A stretch of DNA of 64,000 nt from Eledone cirrhosa (lineage: Eukaryota), in the NCBI GenBank assembly GCA_964016885.1, contig OZ024759.1:35526001-35590000 (forward strand), given 5' to 3'. This document shows, piece by piece, positions 41,681 to 54,752 of this stretch. Each line of letters opens with the position of its first letter. The stretch's first letter is position 1. Under the pieces are notes generated by a model. The model saw only the letters and a program-made list of their open reading frames with translations. It searched no databases and was not told the DNA's origin. The translations under genes and the position numbers were made by a program.

Positions 41681-41867
41681 ACTTCTCTAGTTCATGTAAA
41701 GCTTCATCCATAATTTTGTCAATACCATTTTGTTTTGTAGTTTTCGTGGCTGTCTCCACACCAGATGCTCCAGGATCTTCAGGCACCGTAGTCATCTCGT
41801 CTATGGTTTCCTTTGCCACTGCATCACGCCTCAATCGCAGAAGCGTGTCTGAGAGATATGCGGGCAT
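41681..41867 (-). CDS. syt1: Syt1 coding exon 1, luminal N-terminus MPAYLSDTLL...LHELEK (62 codons + 1 nt)
   Basis: Acceptor tttcattgcag| with exon start 41888; A at -3 of the ATG; donor AAGT|gtacgt. Phase 1 joins exon 2 to read ELEK-L-PIW. Confidence 0.88.
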
Positions 41868-42115
41868 CGTGCTGCTTTAATAAAAGTCCTGCAATGAAAC
41901 GGAGGAAGAGGGAATAGAGGAAGTTGAAATATACAGAGAAATGAAAAGAGAAATATGAAAGATATGAAGAGAGAGAGAGAAAGATATATATATATATATA
42001 TAAATATAGCTTCCATTTATTAATATATTGAATATTTACTCCAGTTAGATGTTGAGTGCTCTATATCAGTTATAAACATTTAAGGTTGGTGGAATCCAAA
42101 CAAATTAAATATAAC

Positions 42116-42163
<48 letters not shown>

Positions 42164-42313
42164 TAAAATAACAGATTAAAGTTTAAGCAAATAATCGCTG
42201 CTTTCACCCTTAACGGGATCTTCTTATATATTTGATATATATTTATCCTTATCGAGCCCTCTTTGGATTTTAGTCTTCAAATTTATTATCATTACTATAT
42301 ATATATATATATA

Positions 42314-42624
42314 TAGATATTATCAAGAAAACAAAAATCAGTGCTGCATCTGGACTTAGTTTATTTCGTGTTACAAATGTTTCGCCGGCATGTAGCTCGA
42401 GTCATGGTCCTTGTATGGATCTGGCTGATTCTACTTCTGCGGGTTCTTTCAGACACGTCTGTTATGTCCGTTATAACAGACGTGTCTGAAAGAACCCGCA
42501 GAAGTAGAATCAGCCAGATCCATACAAGGACCATGACTCGAGCTACATGCCGGCGAAACATTTGTAACACGAAATAAACTAAGTCCAGATGCAGCACTGA
42601 TTTTTGTTTTCTTGATAATATCTA
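42314..42624. repeat. Perfect inverted repeat, 152-bp arms, 7-nt loop
   Basis: Arms 42314-42465 and 42473-42624; explains the mirror ORFs 42341+ and 42597-. Confidence 0.97.
42481..42571 (+). ncRNA. Hammerhead-fold motif with long stem II and CTGAAAGA core (family C); mirror copy 42367-42457 on minus
   Basis: cgtgt-CTGAAAGA-bulged ~60 nt stem II-GAA-ACAttTGT-A-acacg. Confidence 0.55.
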
Positions 42625-42719
42625 CACTCTACTCTGATGAATATCGAGTGCTAATTTTGGCATACCACCTACGGGAAGCACCATAGCTACCACTAGACAC
42701 AAATATATATATATATATA

Positions 42720-42922
42720 TAACGAAGGAAATGTGGTAAGGAACCAGGTGGACCATAACGCACCAAAGTACTCAATACTTAGGGTAGTAGAGTGGGTAAT
42801 AGGAACCAGTAAGACCCTGACGGCTGAGCTCAAGCCGTCTCGACGGCTAATTCTGGACTCTAATTCTGTCCAGAATTAGCCGTCGAAAAGGCTTGAGCTC
42901 AGCCGTCGGGGTCTTACTGGTT

Positions 42923-42927
<5 letters not shown>
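42720..42927. mobile_element. PLE-like fragment with ~60-bp fold-back (family E); relatives at ~7000-7140 and ~36416-36535
   Basis: Shared gtggtaaggaaccaggtggaccataac motif; 3' half of a hammerhead, GAAAnGGCTTGAGCTCAGCCGTC. Confidence 0.7.
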
Positions 42928-43005
<78 letters not shown>

Positions 43006-43740
43006 AGAGATTTGTGAACATGATGCTGCTTTAACCCTTTAGCATTTAAAGCGACCATTCCTGGTCAGAATTCTCTCACCTCTTTGTGTTCAAACCGGCT
43101 GTATCTGGCCACTCATACTGATGTTAACTCTTTAGCACAATTCAACCTTTTTTTTATATAGATAATATAATATACTAACTGGCCTCGTACCGTCAAAAAT
43201 GACGGCTAATTGTAATATGTATACATAATATAAAAAAAGAAATGTTTGTTTGTTGGTTGGTTCCTTCGCACTCACACACACAAGTGATACAAACATACAA
43301 ACGCACAGACAATGTGTGTAGCCAAATCGCTACATATACACACACAGCTGTTTCTCACCCCCCTCCAGCCTCAGTCATCACATAGATGTTTGTGTATATA
43401 ATAAAATTATTTTTTTCTAAGTGTGTCTGTTTATATATATACAGAGGTTGATACAATAGAATAAAATCTCTTCAAGTTGGTACCCCAGCATGGCCACAGT
43501 CTAATGACTGAAACCAGTAGAGGAATACAAGAATGTGGTGCCCCAGCATGGCCACGGTCTAATGACTGAAACCAGAATAAAAGAGTCATTACAGACTTCT
43601 GATTGTTGAATAATTGGTTGGAATCAAATGAGTTAAGAGGAAGATTGATGAATGTCTATCTTGGAAAACTAATTTGAAATCAGATTCTATGTGATTTCAA
43701 ATTAGACTTAATTATTTTCAATGTAATAATAATAATAATA

Positions 43741-44800
43741 CAGACAGACAGACAGACAGATCAAGGCGAACCGACCAGATATTATAATAAAAAACCACAA
43801 AGAAAAACATTGCCTTCTAATAAATAGATGTATCAATCTCCACAGACGACAATATATCTTCCAAGGAAATAGAAAAACTCTCCAAATATAAAGATCTAGA
43901 GATAGAAATAATTTGAATGTGGAAAATGAAAACAGAAACAATACCTATAATAAAAGCTGCTCTGGGAATGATAAAAAAAACCCACAGACAAATACATAGT
44001 CAAAACCACAGGACTCACAAATATATACAGCATACAGAAGATAGCACTACTAGGTACTGTATATATATATTATATAGAGTACCACAGGACTTACAAATAT
44101 ATACAACATACAAAAGATAGCACTACTAGGTACTGTATATATATTATATAGAGTACCACAGGACTTACAAATATATACAGCATACAAAAGATAGCACTAC
44201 TAGGTACTGTATATATATATTATATAGAGTACCACAGGACTTACAAATATATACAACATACAAAAGATAGCACTACTAGGTACTGTATATATATATTATA
44301 TAGAGTACCACAGGACTTACAAATATATACAACATACAAAAGATAGCACTACTAGGTACTGTATATATATATTATATAGAGTACCACAGGACTTACAAAT
44401 ATATACAACATACAAAAGATAGCACTACTAGGTACTGTATATATATATTATATAGAGTACCACAGGACTTACAAATATATACAACATACAAAAGATAACA
44501 CTACTAGGCACTGTATATATATTATATAGAGTACCACAGGACTTACAAATATATACAGCATACAAAAGATAGCACTACTAGGTACTGTATATATATATTA
44601 TATAGAGTACCACAGGACTTACAAATATATACAGCATACAAAAGATAGCACTACTAGGTACTGTATATATATTACGAAAAGTACTATCAATAAAATAGAA
44701 ACAACATCAGCAACAACTACACTGCACATACCCAAGGTGCACAGAGCTGTGCTCGGTAAAGCAGTAATGATGTGCAATAAAAATAATAATGGAAATAATA
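43741..44800 (+). mobile_element. Second R4/Dong-like family, 3' end, interrupted by a self-derived tandem array
   Basis: Frameshifted DRQIKANRPDIII...KLSKYKDLEIE...MWKMKTETIPII..LG...QKIALLGT..ILRKVL. Confidence 0.8.
44006..44672. repeat. ~70-76-bp minisatellite derived from R4/Dong-like coding sequence
   Basis: accacaggacttacaaatatatacaacatacaaaagatagcactactaggtactg(ta)n...gagt. Confidence 0.93.
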
Positions 44801-46030
44801 ATAATAATAGAGAATTAAAAAGGATTTGGGACTGTCATGAAATGAAGGTCGTCCCAATTGTCAGAGGAGAACTAGGTACCATTACGAAGAGTTTTCAAGG
44901 ATGGTTAAAGAAGATTAGTTCAGCCCCCTTTTTTGGAACACTTCAAAAGGCATGCTTGCTGGGAACAGCAAGAACCCTCCGATATGTCCTGAATATCTGA
45001 GGCTGCAGGTAGCGACTTGATATTCATTTCAACAAACTTTCCAGTGAAATAACATCAATGACTGAGACTGAAAGAACAATAATAATAATTGTTTCTACTT
45101 TAGGCACAAAGCCAGCTATTACCCCAGTACATTACTGGTACTTTATTTCATCGACCCCGTAAGGATGAAAGGCAAAGTTAACCTCGGCGGGATTTGAACT
45201 CAAACCGTAAAGGGCCGTAACTCTATGCTGCAAAGCATGGCGTCTGACCGTCCTCTACTGATAATAATAATAATGGTTTCTTATATAAGAACAAGGCCAG
45301 CAATTTTAGGGGAGGGGAAGGTCGATTAAATTGACCCCAGTATGTGACTGGTACTTTATTTTATCAACCCCAAAGTTAACCCCGGCGGGATTTGAACTCA
45401 GAACTTAAAGGGCCAGAACTCTATACTGTAAAGCATATTGTCCGATGCTCAACCAATTACTACCAAAATAATAATAATAGTTTTTACTTACAAAATTGAC
45501 AGAGATATATAAACACTGGAGCTTACAGTCATTATGTTGTTGTTGTTGTTGTTGTTGTGGTGGTGGTGGTGTGATAGTAAAGGCTGTGGTGGTGGTAGTA
45601 GTGTGTGATGGTGGTGGTGTGATAGTAAAGGCTGTGGTGGTGGTAGTAGTGTGTGATGGTGGTGGTGTGATAGTAAAGGCTGTGGTGGTGGTAGTAGTGT
45701 GTGATGGTGGTGGTGTGATAGTAAAGGCTGTGGTGGTGGTGTGGTGGTGGTGGTGGTGTGATAGTAAAGGCTGTGGTGGTGGTGTGGTGGTGGTGGTGTG
45801 ATAGTAAAAGTTGTGGTGGTGGTGTGGTGGTGGTTGTTGTTGTAGTGGTGTGGTGGTGGTGGTGGTGTATTGGTGGTGGTGTAGTGGTGGTGGTGGTAGT
45901 ACTAGAACAGACTGATATTGCTTGATAGTTTGAAGATAAAATATAACTCAAATTGAGGCAATTAGAGTTATTATATAATTATATATCATCATCATCTTTT
46001 TACATCTGCTTTTCCCTGCTTGCAAGGGTG

Positions 46031-46085
<55 letters not shown>

Positions 46086-46115
46086 CACCAATACTTATAT
46101 ATATATATATATATA

Positions 46116-46459
46116 TATTTATTAAAATAACAGATTAAAGTTTAAGCAAAGAATCGCTGCTTTCACCCTTAACGTTTTTTCCCGTTCTTAGCCAGCGAAC
46201 GTTTCCACGAACCAAAGTATCGTCTTCCTGTCTTCCTCCGGTTGCAAAGTTTTTTGAAATATCCAGTTCTGCGTTTACAGATTGACTTTGTTAGTTTCAG
46301 AAGATCCCGTTAAGGGTGAAAGCAGCGATTCTTTGCTTAAACTTTAATCTGTTATTTTAATAAATATTTGCTCTACGGTTCTTATATATTTGATATATAT
46401 TTATCCTTATCGAGCCCTCTTTGGATTTTAGTCTTCAAATTTAGTATTACTATTATTAT

Positions 46460-46462
<3 letters not shown>
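46116..46462. mobile_element. Family B PLE-like element with inverted terminal segment; relatives at ~11945-12195 and ~42158-42298
   Basis: Near-identical blocks in three places, each flanked by (TA)n, with internal inversions. Confidence 0.8.
46278..46351 (+). ncRNA. Hammerhead-fold motif, second full copy of family B
   Basis: Same fold and CAGAAGA core as 12017-12091. Confidence 0.6.
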
Positions 46463-46514
<52 letters not shown>

Positions 46515-46522
46515 CACCAATA

Positions 46523-46563
<41 letters not shown>

Positions 46564-46662
46564 TAAAACATGTCTATAGAATCACCAGATAAAATATATA
46601 CCATAAGATTATTTAATTTATTAACTTTTCATTGAGCCACAAAGTGACCCGTTGCAAAACAC

Positions 46663-46702
<40 letters not shown>

Positions 46703-46888
46703 AATATAGATATCTCTCTTATCAGCAGCAGCAGCAGCAGTGATTAACAATGAGAGAAAAAAACAACCATAACATCAACAACATTATCAATAATAATATA
46801 CAATGAAAAAATACACCCAGTACACTCTGTAAAGTGGTCGTGTACCCCTTCTATGTAGAGAGGGGTTAAATTCTGTTAGTCTAGCTGT

Positions 46889-48048
46889 CTGTACCCCCAC
46901 AACAAACTGGGGTACAGTGTACCCTATCTGGGCTGCTGTGTGTACCCCACAACAGACTGGGGTACAGTGTACCCTATCTGGGCTACTGTGTGTACCCCAC
47001 AACAGACTGAGGTACAGTGTACCCTATCTGGGCTGCTGTGTGTACCCCACAACAGACTGGGGTACAGTGTACCCTATCTGGGCTGCTGTGTGTACCCCAC
47101 AACAGACTGGGGTACAGTGTACCCTATCTGGGCTGCTGTGTGTACCCCACAACAGACTGGGGTACAGTGTACCCTATCTGGGCTGCTGTGTGTACCCCAC
47201 AACAGACTGGGGTACAGTGTACCCTATCTGGGCTGCTGTGTGTACCCCACAACAGACTGGGGTACAGTGAACCCTATCTGGGCTGCTGTGTGTACCCCAC
47301 AACAGACTGGGGTACAGTGTACCCTATCTGGGCTACTGTGTGTACCCCACAACAGACTGAGGTACAGTGTACCCTATCTGGGCTACTGTGTGTACCCCAC
47401 AACAGACTGGAGTACAGTGTACCCTATCTGGGCTACTGTGTGTACCCCACAACAGACTGGGGTACAGTGTACCCTATCTGGGCTGCTGTGTGTACCCCAC
47501 AACAGACTGAGGTACAGTGTACCCTATCTGGGCTGCTGTGTGTACCCCACAACAGACTGGGGTACAGTGTACCCTATCTGGGCTGCTGTGTGTACCCCAC
47601 AACAGACTGGGGTACAGTGAACCCTATCTGGGCTGCTGTGTGTACCCCACAACAGACGGGGGTACAGTGTACCCTATCTGGGCTACTGTGTGTACCCCAC
47701 AACAGACTGAGGTACAGTGTACCCTATCTGGGCTACTGTGTGTACCCTACAACAGACTGGGGTACAGTGTACCCTATCTGGGCTACTGTGTGTACCCCAC
47801 AACAGACTGGAGTACAGTGAACCCTATCTGGGCTACTGTGTGTACCCCACAACAGACTGGGGTACAGTGTACCCTATCTGGGCTGCTGTGTGTACCCCAC
47901 AACAGACTGGGGTACAGTGTACCCTATCTGGGCTGCTGTGTGTACCCCACAACAGACTGGGGTACAGTGTACCCTATCTGGGCTACTGTGTGTACCCCAC
48001 AACAGACTGGGGTACAGTGTACCCTATCTGGGCTGCTCTATGTACCCC
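46889..48048. repeat. 50-bp minisatellite, ~23 copies, hairpin unit
   Basis: tgtaccccacaacagactggggtacagtgtaccctatctgggctgctgtg. Confidence 0.97.
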
Positions 48049-48259
48049 TTCTAGGGGCTAACTTCTATGTTAGCCTAGCTTAGCCTATTGTAACTAAGTC
48101 ACACCTGCCTCTCACCCCTCCCCCCTCTGCTACTACGTGTGTGTTGCCATGGAGATATTGACCTCTATAATATTGATTTTTTTCTCTGCCATGGAAACTG
48201 TGTTTACGATGTTATTTGTTGTCCTCCCACAACAATTTCTGGATAAACATGACAATGTC

Positions 48260-48700
48260 TGTTGTGATGGTGGTGGTGGTGGTGGTGGTGGGAGGATGAG
48301 GGGGTGGGTGGGGGTGATGGTGATGACTATTGTGATGATGATGGTGGTGGGAGGAGGGTGGTAGTGGTGGGAGGAGGGTGGTGGTGGTGGGAGGAGGGTG
48401 GTAGTGGTGGTGGTGGTGGTGGTGGTGGGAGGAGGGTGGTGGTGGTGGTGGTGGTGGTGGGAGGAGGGTGGTGGGGGAGATGGTGATGGTGGTGATGGTG
48501 GAGGAGATAGTCATGACTATGATGATGATGAGGAGGAGAAGGAGGAAAGGGATGATGGTGATCCATATGTTCAAGGAAGAGGAAGAGGAAATGACAGTGG
48601 TGGTGGTGGTAGTAGTAGTGGTGGTAGGTGTAGTGGTAGTGGTGTAGTGGTAGTGGTGGTGGTGTAGTGGTAGTGGTGCAGTGTGGTAGTAGTGGTGGTG

Positions 48701-48741
<41 letters not shown>

Positions 48742-48855
48742 GGTGGTAGTAGTAGTAGTAGTAGTAGTGGTGTAGTGGTAGTGGTGTAGTGGTGGTGTTG
48801 TGGTAGTGGTGGTGGTGTAGTGGTGTAGTGGTGCAGTGTGGTAGTAGTGGTGGTG

Positions 48856-48914
<59 letters not shown>

Positions 48915-49001
48915 GGTGTAGTGGTAGTGGTGTAGTGGTGGTGTTGTGGTAGTGGTGGTGGTGTAGTGGTGTAGTGGTGCAGTGTGGTAGTAGTGGTGGT
49001 G

Positions 49002-49036
<35 letters not shown>

Positions 49037-49123
49037 GGTGTAGTGGTAGTGGTGTAGTGGTGCTGTTGTGGTAGTGGTGGTGGTGTAGTGGTGTAGTGGT
49101 GCAGTGTGGTAGTAGTGGTGGTG

Positions 49124-49158
<35 letters not shown>

Positions 49159-49245
49159 GGTGTAGTGGTAGTGGTGTAGTGGTGGTGTTGTGGTAGTGGT
49201 GGTGGTGTAGTGGTGTAGTGGTGCAGTGTGGTAGTAGTGGTGGTG

Positions 49246-49277
<32 letters not shown>

Positions 49278-49291
49278 GGTGGTAGTAGTAG
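48260..49291. repeat. (GGT/AGT)n low-complexity tract
   Basis: Direct inspection. Confidence 0.95.
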
Positions 49292-50240
49292 TGGTACAGT
49301 GTACCTATTGTAAACCAGATATACACAGGGATACAGTGTACCTATTGTAAACCAGATATACACAGGGATACAGTGTACCTATTGTAAACCAGATATACAC
49401 AGGGATACAGTGTACCTATTGTAAACCAGGTACACACAGGGATACAGTGTACCTATTGTAAACCAGGTACACACAGGGATACAGTGTACCTATTGTAAAC
49501 CAAGTACACACAGGGATACAGTGTACCTATTGTAAACCAGATATACACAGGGATACAGTGTACCTATTGTAAACCAAGTACACACAGGGATACAGTGTAC
49601 CTATTGTAAACCAGGTACACACAGGGATACAGTGTACCTATTGTAAACCAGATATACACAGGGATACAGTGTACCTATTGTAAACCAGGTACACACAGGG
49701 ATACAGTGTACCTATTGTAAACCAGGTACACACAAGGGTACAGTGTACCTATTGTAAACCAAGTACACACAGGGATACAGTGTACCCATTGTAAACCAGG
49801 TACACACAGGGATACAGTGTACCTATTGTAAACCAGGTACACACAGGGATACAGTGTACCTATTGTAAACCAGATATACACAGGGATACAGTGTACCTAT
49901 TGTAAACCAGGTACACACAGGGATACAGTGTACCTATTGTAAACCAGGTACACACAGGGGTACAGTGTACCTATTGTAAACCAAGTACACACAGGGATAC
50001 AGTGTACCCATTGTAAACCAGGTACACACAGGGATACAGTGTACCTATTGTAAACCAGGTACACACAGGGATACAGTGTACCTATTGTAAACCAGGTACA
50101 CACAGGGATACAATGTACCTATTGTAAACCAGATACACACAGGGGTACAGTGTACCTATTGTAAACCAGATATACACAGGGATACAGTGTACCTATTGTA
50201 AACCAGGTACACACAGGGGTACAGTGTACCTATTGTAAAT
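49292..50240. repeat. 37-bp minisatellite, ~25 copies
   Basis: gtacctattgtaaaccaggtacacacagggatacagt. Confidence 0.97.
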
Positions 50241-50559
50241 CTGATAGGATACGACATGTTCCACGAAATTTATTTTGATATCAAATATCTTATTTCGACA
50301 TTCAAGGTAACCAGGGCCAAATAAATCTGACCATGGTCAGATTTATTTGACCATGGTTAAATAATGTCACTCAGTATAATTAAGGGCCATCTTAAATCAA
50401 AGGTCAAAGGTCAATTTTAAGGTCATCGCAGACTTAAATCTTAACCAGTATTTGTCAATGTGTCCTTCACATTTGTCTGAAGGTCACTATAAAATATGAC
50501 CCTTGCAAATGACCCATGGTGTCGGATGGAGGGAGGTGTTGGTAGAGGTGGCGAAGTGT

Positions 50560-51718
50560 TAGAGGTGTTGGTGGTAGCGGTGATGCTGGTTATAGTGGTG
50601 ATGTTGGTTATGGTGGTGTTGGTGATGATGGTGGTGTTGGTGGTGATGGTGGTGATGGTGGTGATAGTGGTGATGTTGGTTGTGGTGATGATGATGGTGG
50701 TGATGATGATGGTGGTGATGGTGGTGATAGTGGTGATGTTGGTTGTGGTGGTGATGGTGGTGGTGGTGGTGATAGTGGTGATAGTGGTGATGGTGGTGTT
50801 GGTGGTTGTGGTGATAGTGGTGATGGTGGTGTTGGTGGTGTTGGTGATAGTGGTGATGGTGGTGTTGGTGATAGTGGTGATGGTGGTGATGGTGGTGTTG
50901 GTGGTGATGGTGATGATAATGGTGATGGTGGTGGTGATGGTGATGACAATGGTGATGGTGGTGGTGGTGGTGATGATAATGGTGATGGTGGTGATGGTGG
51001 TGGTGATGATAATGGTGGTGGTGGTGGTGGTGATGATGGTGGTGATGGTGGTGGTGATGGTGATGATAATGGTGATGGTGATGGTGGTGGTGGTGGTGAT
51101 GATAATGGTGATGGTGGTGGTGGTGGTGATGGTGATGATAATGGTGATGGTGGTGGTGGTGGTGATGGTGATGATAATGGTGATGGTGGTGGTGATGGTG
51201 ATGATAATGGTGATGGTGGTGGTGGTGGTGGTGGTGATGATAATGGTGGTGGTGGTGATGGTGATGATAATGGTGATGGTGGTGGTGGTGGTGATGGTGG
51301 TGGTGGTGGTGATGATAATGGTGATGGTGGTGGTGGTGGTGATGGTGATGGTGATGGTGGTGGTGGTGATGGTGGTGATAGTGGTGGTGATGGTGATGGT
51401 GATGGTGGTGGTGATGGTGGTGGTGGTGGTGGTGGTGATGGTGATGGTGGTGGTGATGGTGATGGTGATGGTGGTGGTGATGGTGGTGGTGGTGGTGGTG
51501 ATGGTGATGATAATGGTGATGGTGGTGGTGGTGGTGATGGTGGTGGTGATGGTGATGGTGGTGGTGATGGTGGTGGTGATGGTGATGGTGGTGGTGGTGA
51601 TGGTGGTGGTGGTGATGGTGATGATAATGGTGGTGGTGGTGGTGATGGTGGTGGTGGTGGTGGTGATGGTGATGGTGATGGTGATGGTGGTGGTGATGAT
51701 GGTGGTGATGGTGATGAT
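50560..51718. repeat. (GGT/GAT)n tract
   Basis: Source of the poly-V/M and poly-P ORFs. Confidence 0.96.
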
Positions 51719-53276
51719 ATAACAGGCAGGAAACTCCTGCTGCTATTTAGCATCAGCCATTCAAAAATCAATAAATATGCATGTGTGTGTGTGTGTGTAG
51801 GTGTATGTATGTGTGTGTGTGTATGTGTATGTAGGTGTATGTGTATGTATGTGTGTGTATGTGTGTGTAGGTGTATGTGTATATGTGTGTGTAGATCTAT
51901 GAGAATATGTGTGTGTGTGTGTAGGTGTATGTGTATGTATATGTGTGCATTTGTATCCGTGTGTGTGTGTGTGTGTGTGTGCAGCTGCATTCTTAAAGTA
52001 CAACGAAGAACTGAAGACTGCAACTGTGGTGGTGGTGGTGGGGGGGGGCATGGTATTATGGTGGTGGTGGTGATGACATTGATGATGTTGATGGTAGTGG
52101 TGGGTGGAGTAAGGTTGAATGAAGGGAAGAGGGGTGGGAGCGGTGGGAGGGGGGGGGGGGTGATGTTAAACAGGCAAAGAATGAATTCTGTAATGAAAAA
52201 AAAATCTTTGAAATATCAATAGATTACGATGAGGAAGCTGGTAGATTCCATATGGTAGGGGGGTAGTAGCTAGTGTTTATAATGGACTGTTCCATATATC
52301 ATGTAGGAATATGGTAGGGAGGAAGTAGCTACTGTTTGTAATGGACTAATCTATATATCTAACATGTAGCAATATGGTAGGGGGGGGGGGGTAGCAAGTG
52401 TTTATAATGGACTGTTCCATATACCATGTAGGAATATAGATACCATATGGTGAGAGTGAACAGTCGCAATTCTTCACCATCACCACCACCACCACCACCA
52501 CATCATCATCACATCACCACATCATCATCATCATCATCATCACCACCACCACATCACCACCACATCGTCATCATCACATCACCACATCATCATCACCACA
52601 TCATCATCACCACATCATCATCATCACCACCACCACATCATCATCACCACCACATCATCATCACCACATCATCATCACCACCACCACATCATCATCACCA
52701 TCATCATCTTCTCCAGGCTTGTATGTCATGGAAGGGTCCTATTTCATCCCTCCATTCATCACAGCCCTTCATCCCCTCCCCTTTCAGATCCAGGGGTCCA
52801 TTATCACCTCTTACCACCTCTGCCCAGGTCTGCCTTGGTTTTCTTCTACTGCAGCTTCCTTCAACTGAGATTTCCTCGGTTTTCTTCCCCCACCAATCAT
52901 CATCCATGTCCATCACATGTCGATACCAGCATAGTCTTCTCTCTTTCACACTTCATCTCATTCCTCTTATACCCAGATTTTATCATCATCCTCATCATCA
53001 TCATCGTCGTTTAACGTCTATCTTCCACACTAGCATGGGTTTAGACGGGAGTTGTCCGACATAACTTTAGGTGTGGATGGGGGTGGGGGAAAGGGTAGTT
53101 TTGGTTAGGAGGAGCTTACTGACTGTAGGTTTCGCTTTGTACTTAGGCAAGGCGGGTCTTCTGTATTACTGCGTAGCGCCAAAGATCTCGGTCCAGTGAC
53201 ATTATCTTAGAGAGGTGTAAGTGTGTAAGGTCAGAATTTATCAAATTCTGACCTTACACACTTACACCTCTCCAAG

Positions 53277-53310
<34 letters not shown>

Positions 53311-53337
53311 TATATATATATACATATATATATATAC

Positions 53338-53384
<47 letters not shown>

Positions 53385-53542
53385 CATATATATACATATA
53401 TATACATATATGCAAAAGTTCTATTTAAAGTTGTTGGGATACAACAAGTAAATATTTTTATAACTGATATAAAGCTCTCGACAACTATTTGGAGTAGATA
53501 TACGATATTAACAAATGGAAACTATATTTATAAAGCCATATT

Positions 53543-53607
53543 TATTTCATTATACATATTTCAGGGATACCAAGTTAAATTATGGTATGCCTTCATCAGA
53601 CAAAATA
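53543..53607 (-). ncRNA. Type I hammerhead motif, inverted copy of family A, sense to syt1 pre-mRNA
   Basis: Reverse complement reads tattttgtCTGATGAagg...ccctGAAATATGTATAatgaaata. Confidence 0.75.
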
Positions 53608-53762
53608 CAATATATACCAGTTTTATAAATAAACATTGACGTACCCTTTCAAAATGCAACCGTTACTTTTGGAAGACATCAGGATAGAAGACATCTTCCA
53701 AAAGTAACGGTTGCATTTTGAAAGGGTACGTCAATGTTTATTTATAAAACTGGTATATATTG

Positions 53763-53827
53763 TATTTTGTCTGATGAAGGCATACCATAATTTAGCTTGG
53801 TATCCTTGAAATATGTATAATAAAATA
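53763..53827 (+). ncRNA. Type I hammerhead ribozyme motif, Penelope-like (family A)
   Basis: tattttgt-CTGATGA-stem II(aggcatacca/tggtatcctt)-GAA-ATATGTAT(near-palindromic stem III)-A-ataaaata. Confidence 0.75.
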
Positions 53828-53878
53828 GATATGGTTTTATAAATATAGTTTCCATTAGTTAATATTGTATATATATAC

Positions 53879-53940
<62 letters not shown>

Positions 53941-54389
53941 GTGAAGAAGTGCCAGGAAATGCCAGTTGAAGGAAGACGCAGTAGAGGAAGACCACGAAAA
54001 ACATGGGCGGAGATGGTGAGAACAGACCTCAGATCGCTGAAGCTCACGGAGGAGATGATGAAGGACCGTGACAAGTGGAGAGATGCTGTGTCGAATAGGA
54101 CCCGTCCCACTCTTGCAAGCAAGGAAAAGCGGACGTAAAATGATGATGATGTTGATGATGATGATGATATATATACCAATACACATACATATGCATCAAT
54201 ACACATATTCACCCATGGACTTTAAATGATGATGGCGATGATGATGATATATATATATACACATATATGCATATATACACCAACACACATATACACACGA
54301 ATACACATATACACACATATATACATATACACAAATACATATATATATACATACACACATATATACATTTACACATATACAGTAGACCC

Positions 54390-54752
54390 TTGCTGTACCA
54401 GTGCCTCATTGTACCAGTAATTTGCTGTACCAGTGCCTCATTGTACCAGTAATTTGCTGTACTAGTACCCTATTGTACCAGTAATTTGCTGTACTAGTAC
54501 CCTATTGTACCAGTAATTTGCTGTACTAGTACCCTATTGTACCAGTAATTTGCTGTACTAGTACCCTATTGTACCAGTAATTTGCTGTACTAGTACCCTA
54601 TTGTACCAGTAATTTGCTGTACTAGTACCCTATTGTACCAGTAATTTGCTGTACTAGTACCCTATTGTACCAGTAATTTGCTGTACTAGTACCCTATTGT
54701 ACCAGTAATTTGCTGTACTAGTACCCTATTGTACCAGTAATTTGCTGTACAA
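54390..54752. repeat. 32-bp minisatellite
   Basis: gtaccagtaatttgctgtactagtaccctatt. Confidence 0.94.

Larger units (their letters stand above)
53503..53870. repeat. Inverted repeat, ~170-bp arms, PLE-like
   Basis: Near-perfect reverse-complement arms around ~53677-53692; single-arm copy at ~57100-57245. Confidence 0.93.

Noticed and set aside
42341-42597. Two near-identical 78-aa ORFs on opposite strands
   Set aside because: A by-product of the perfect palindrome
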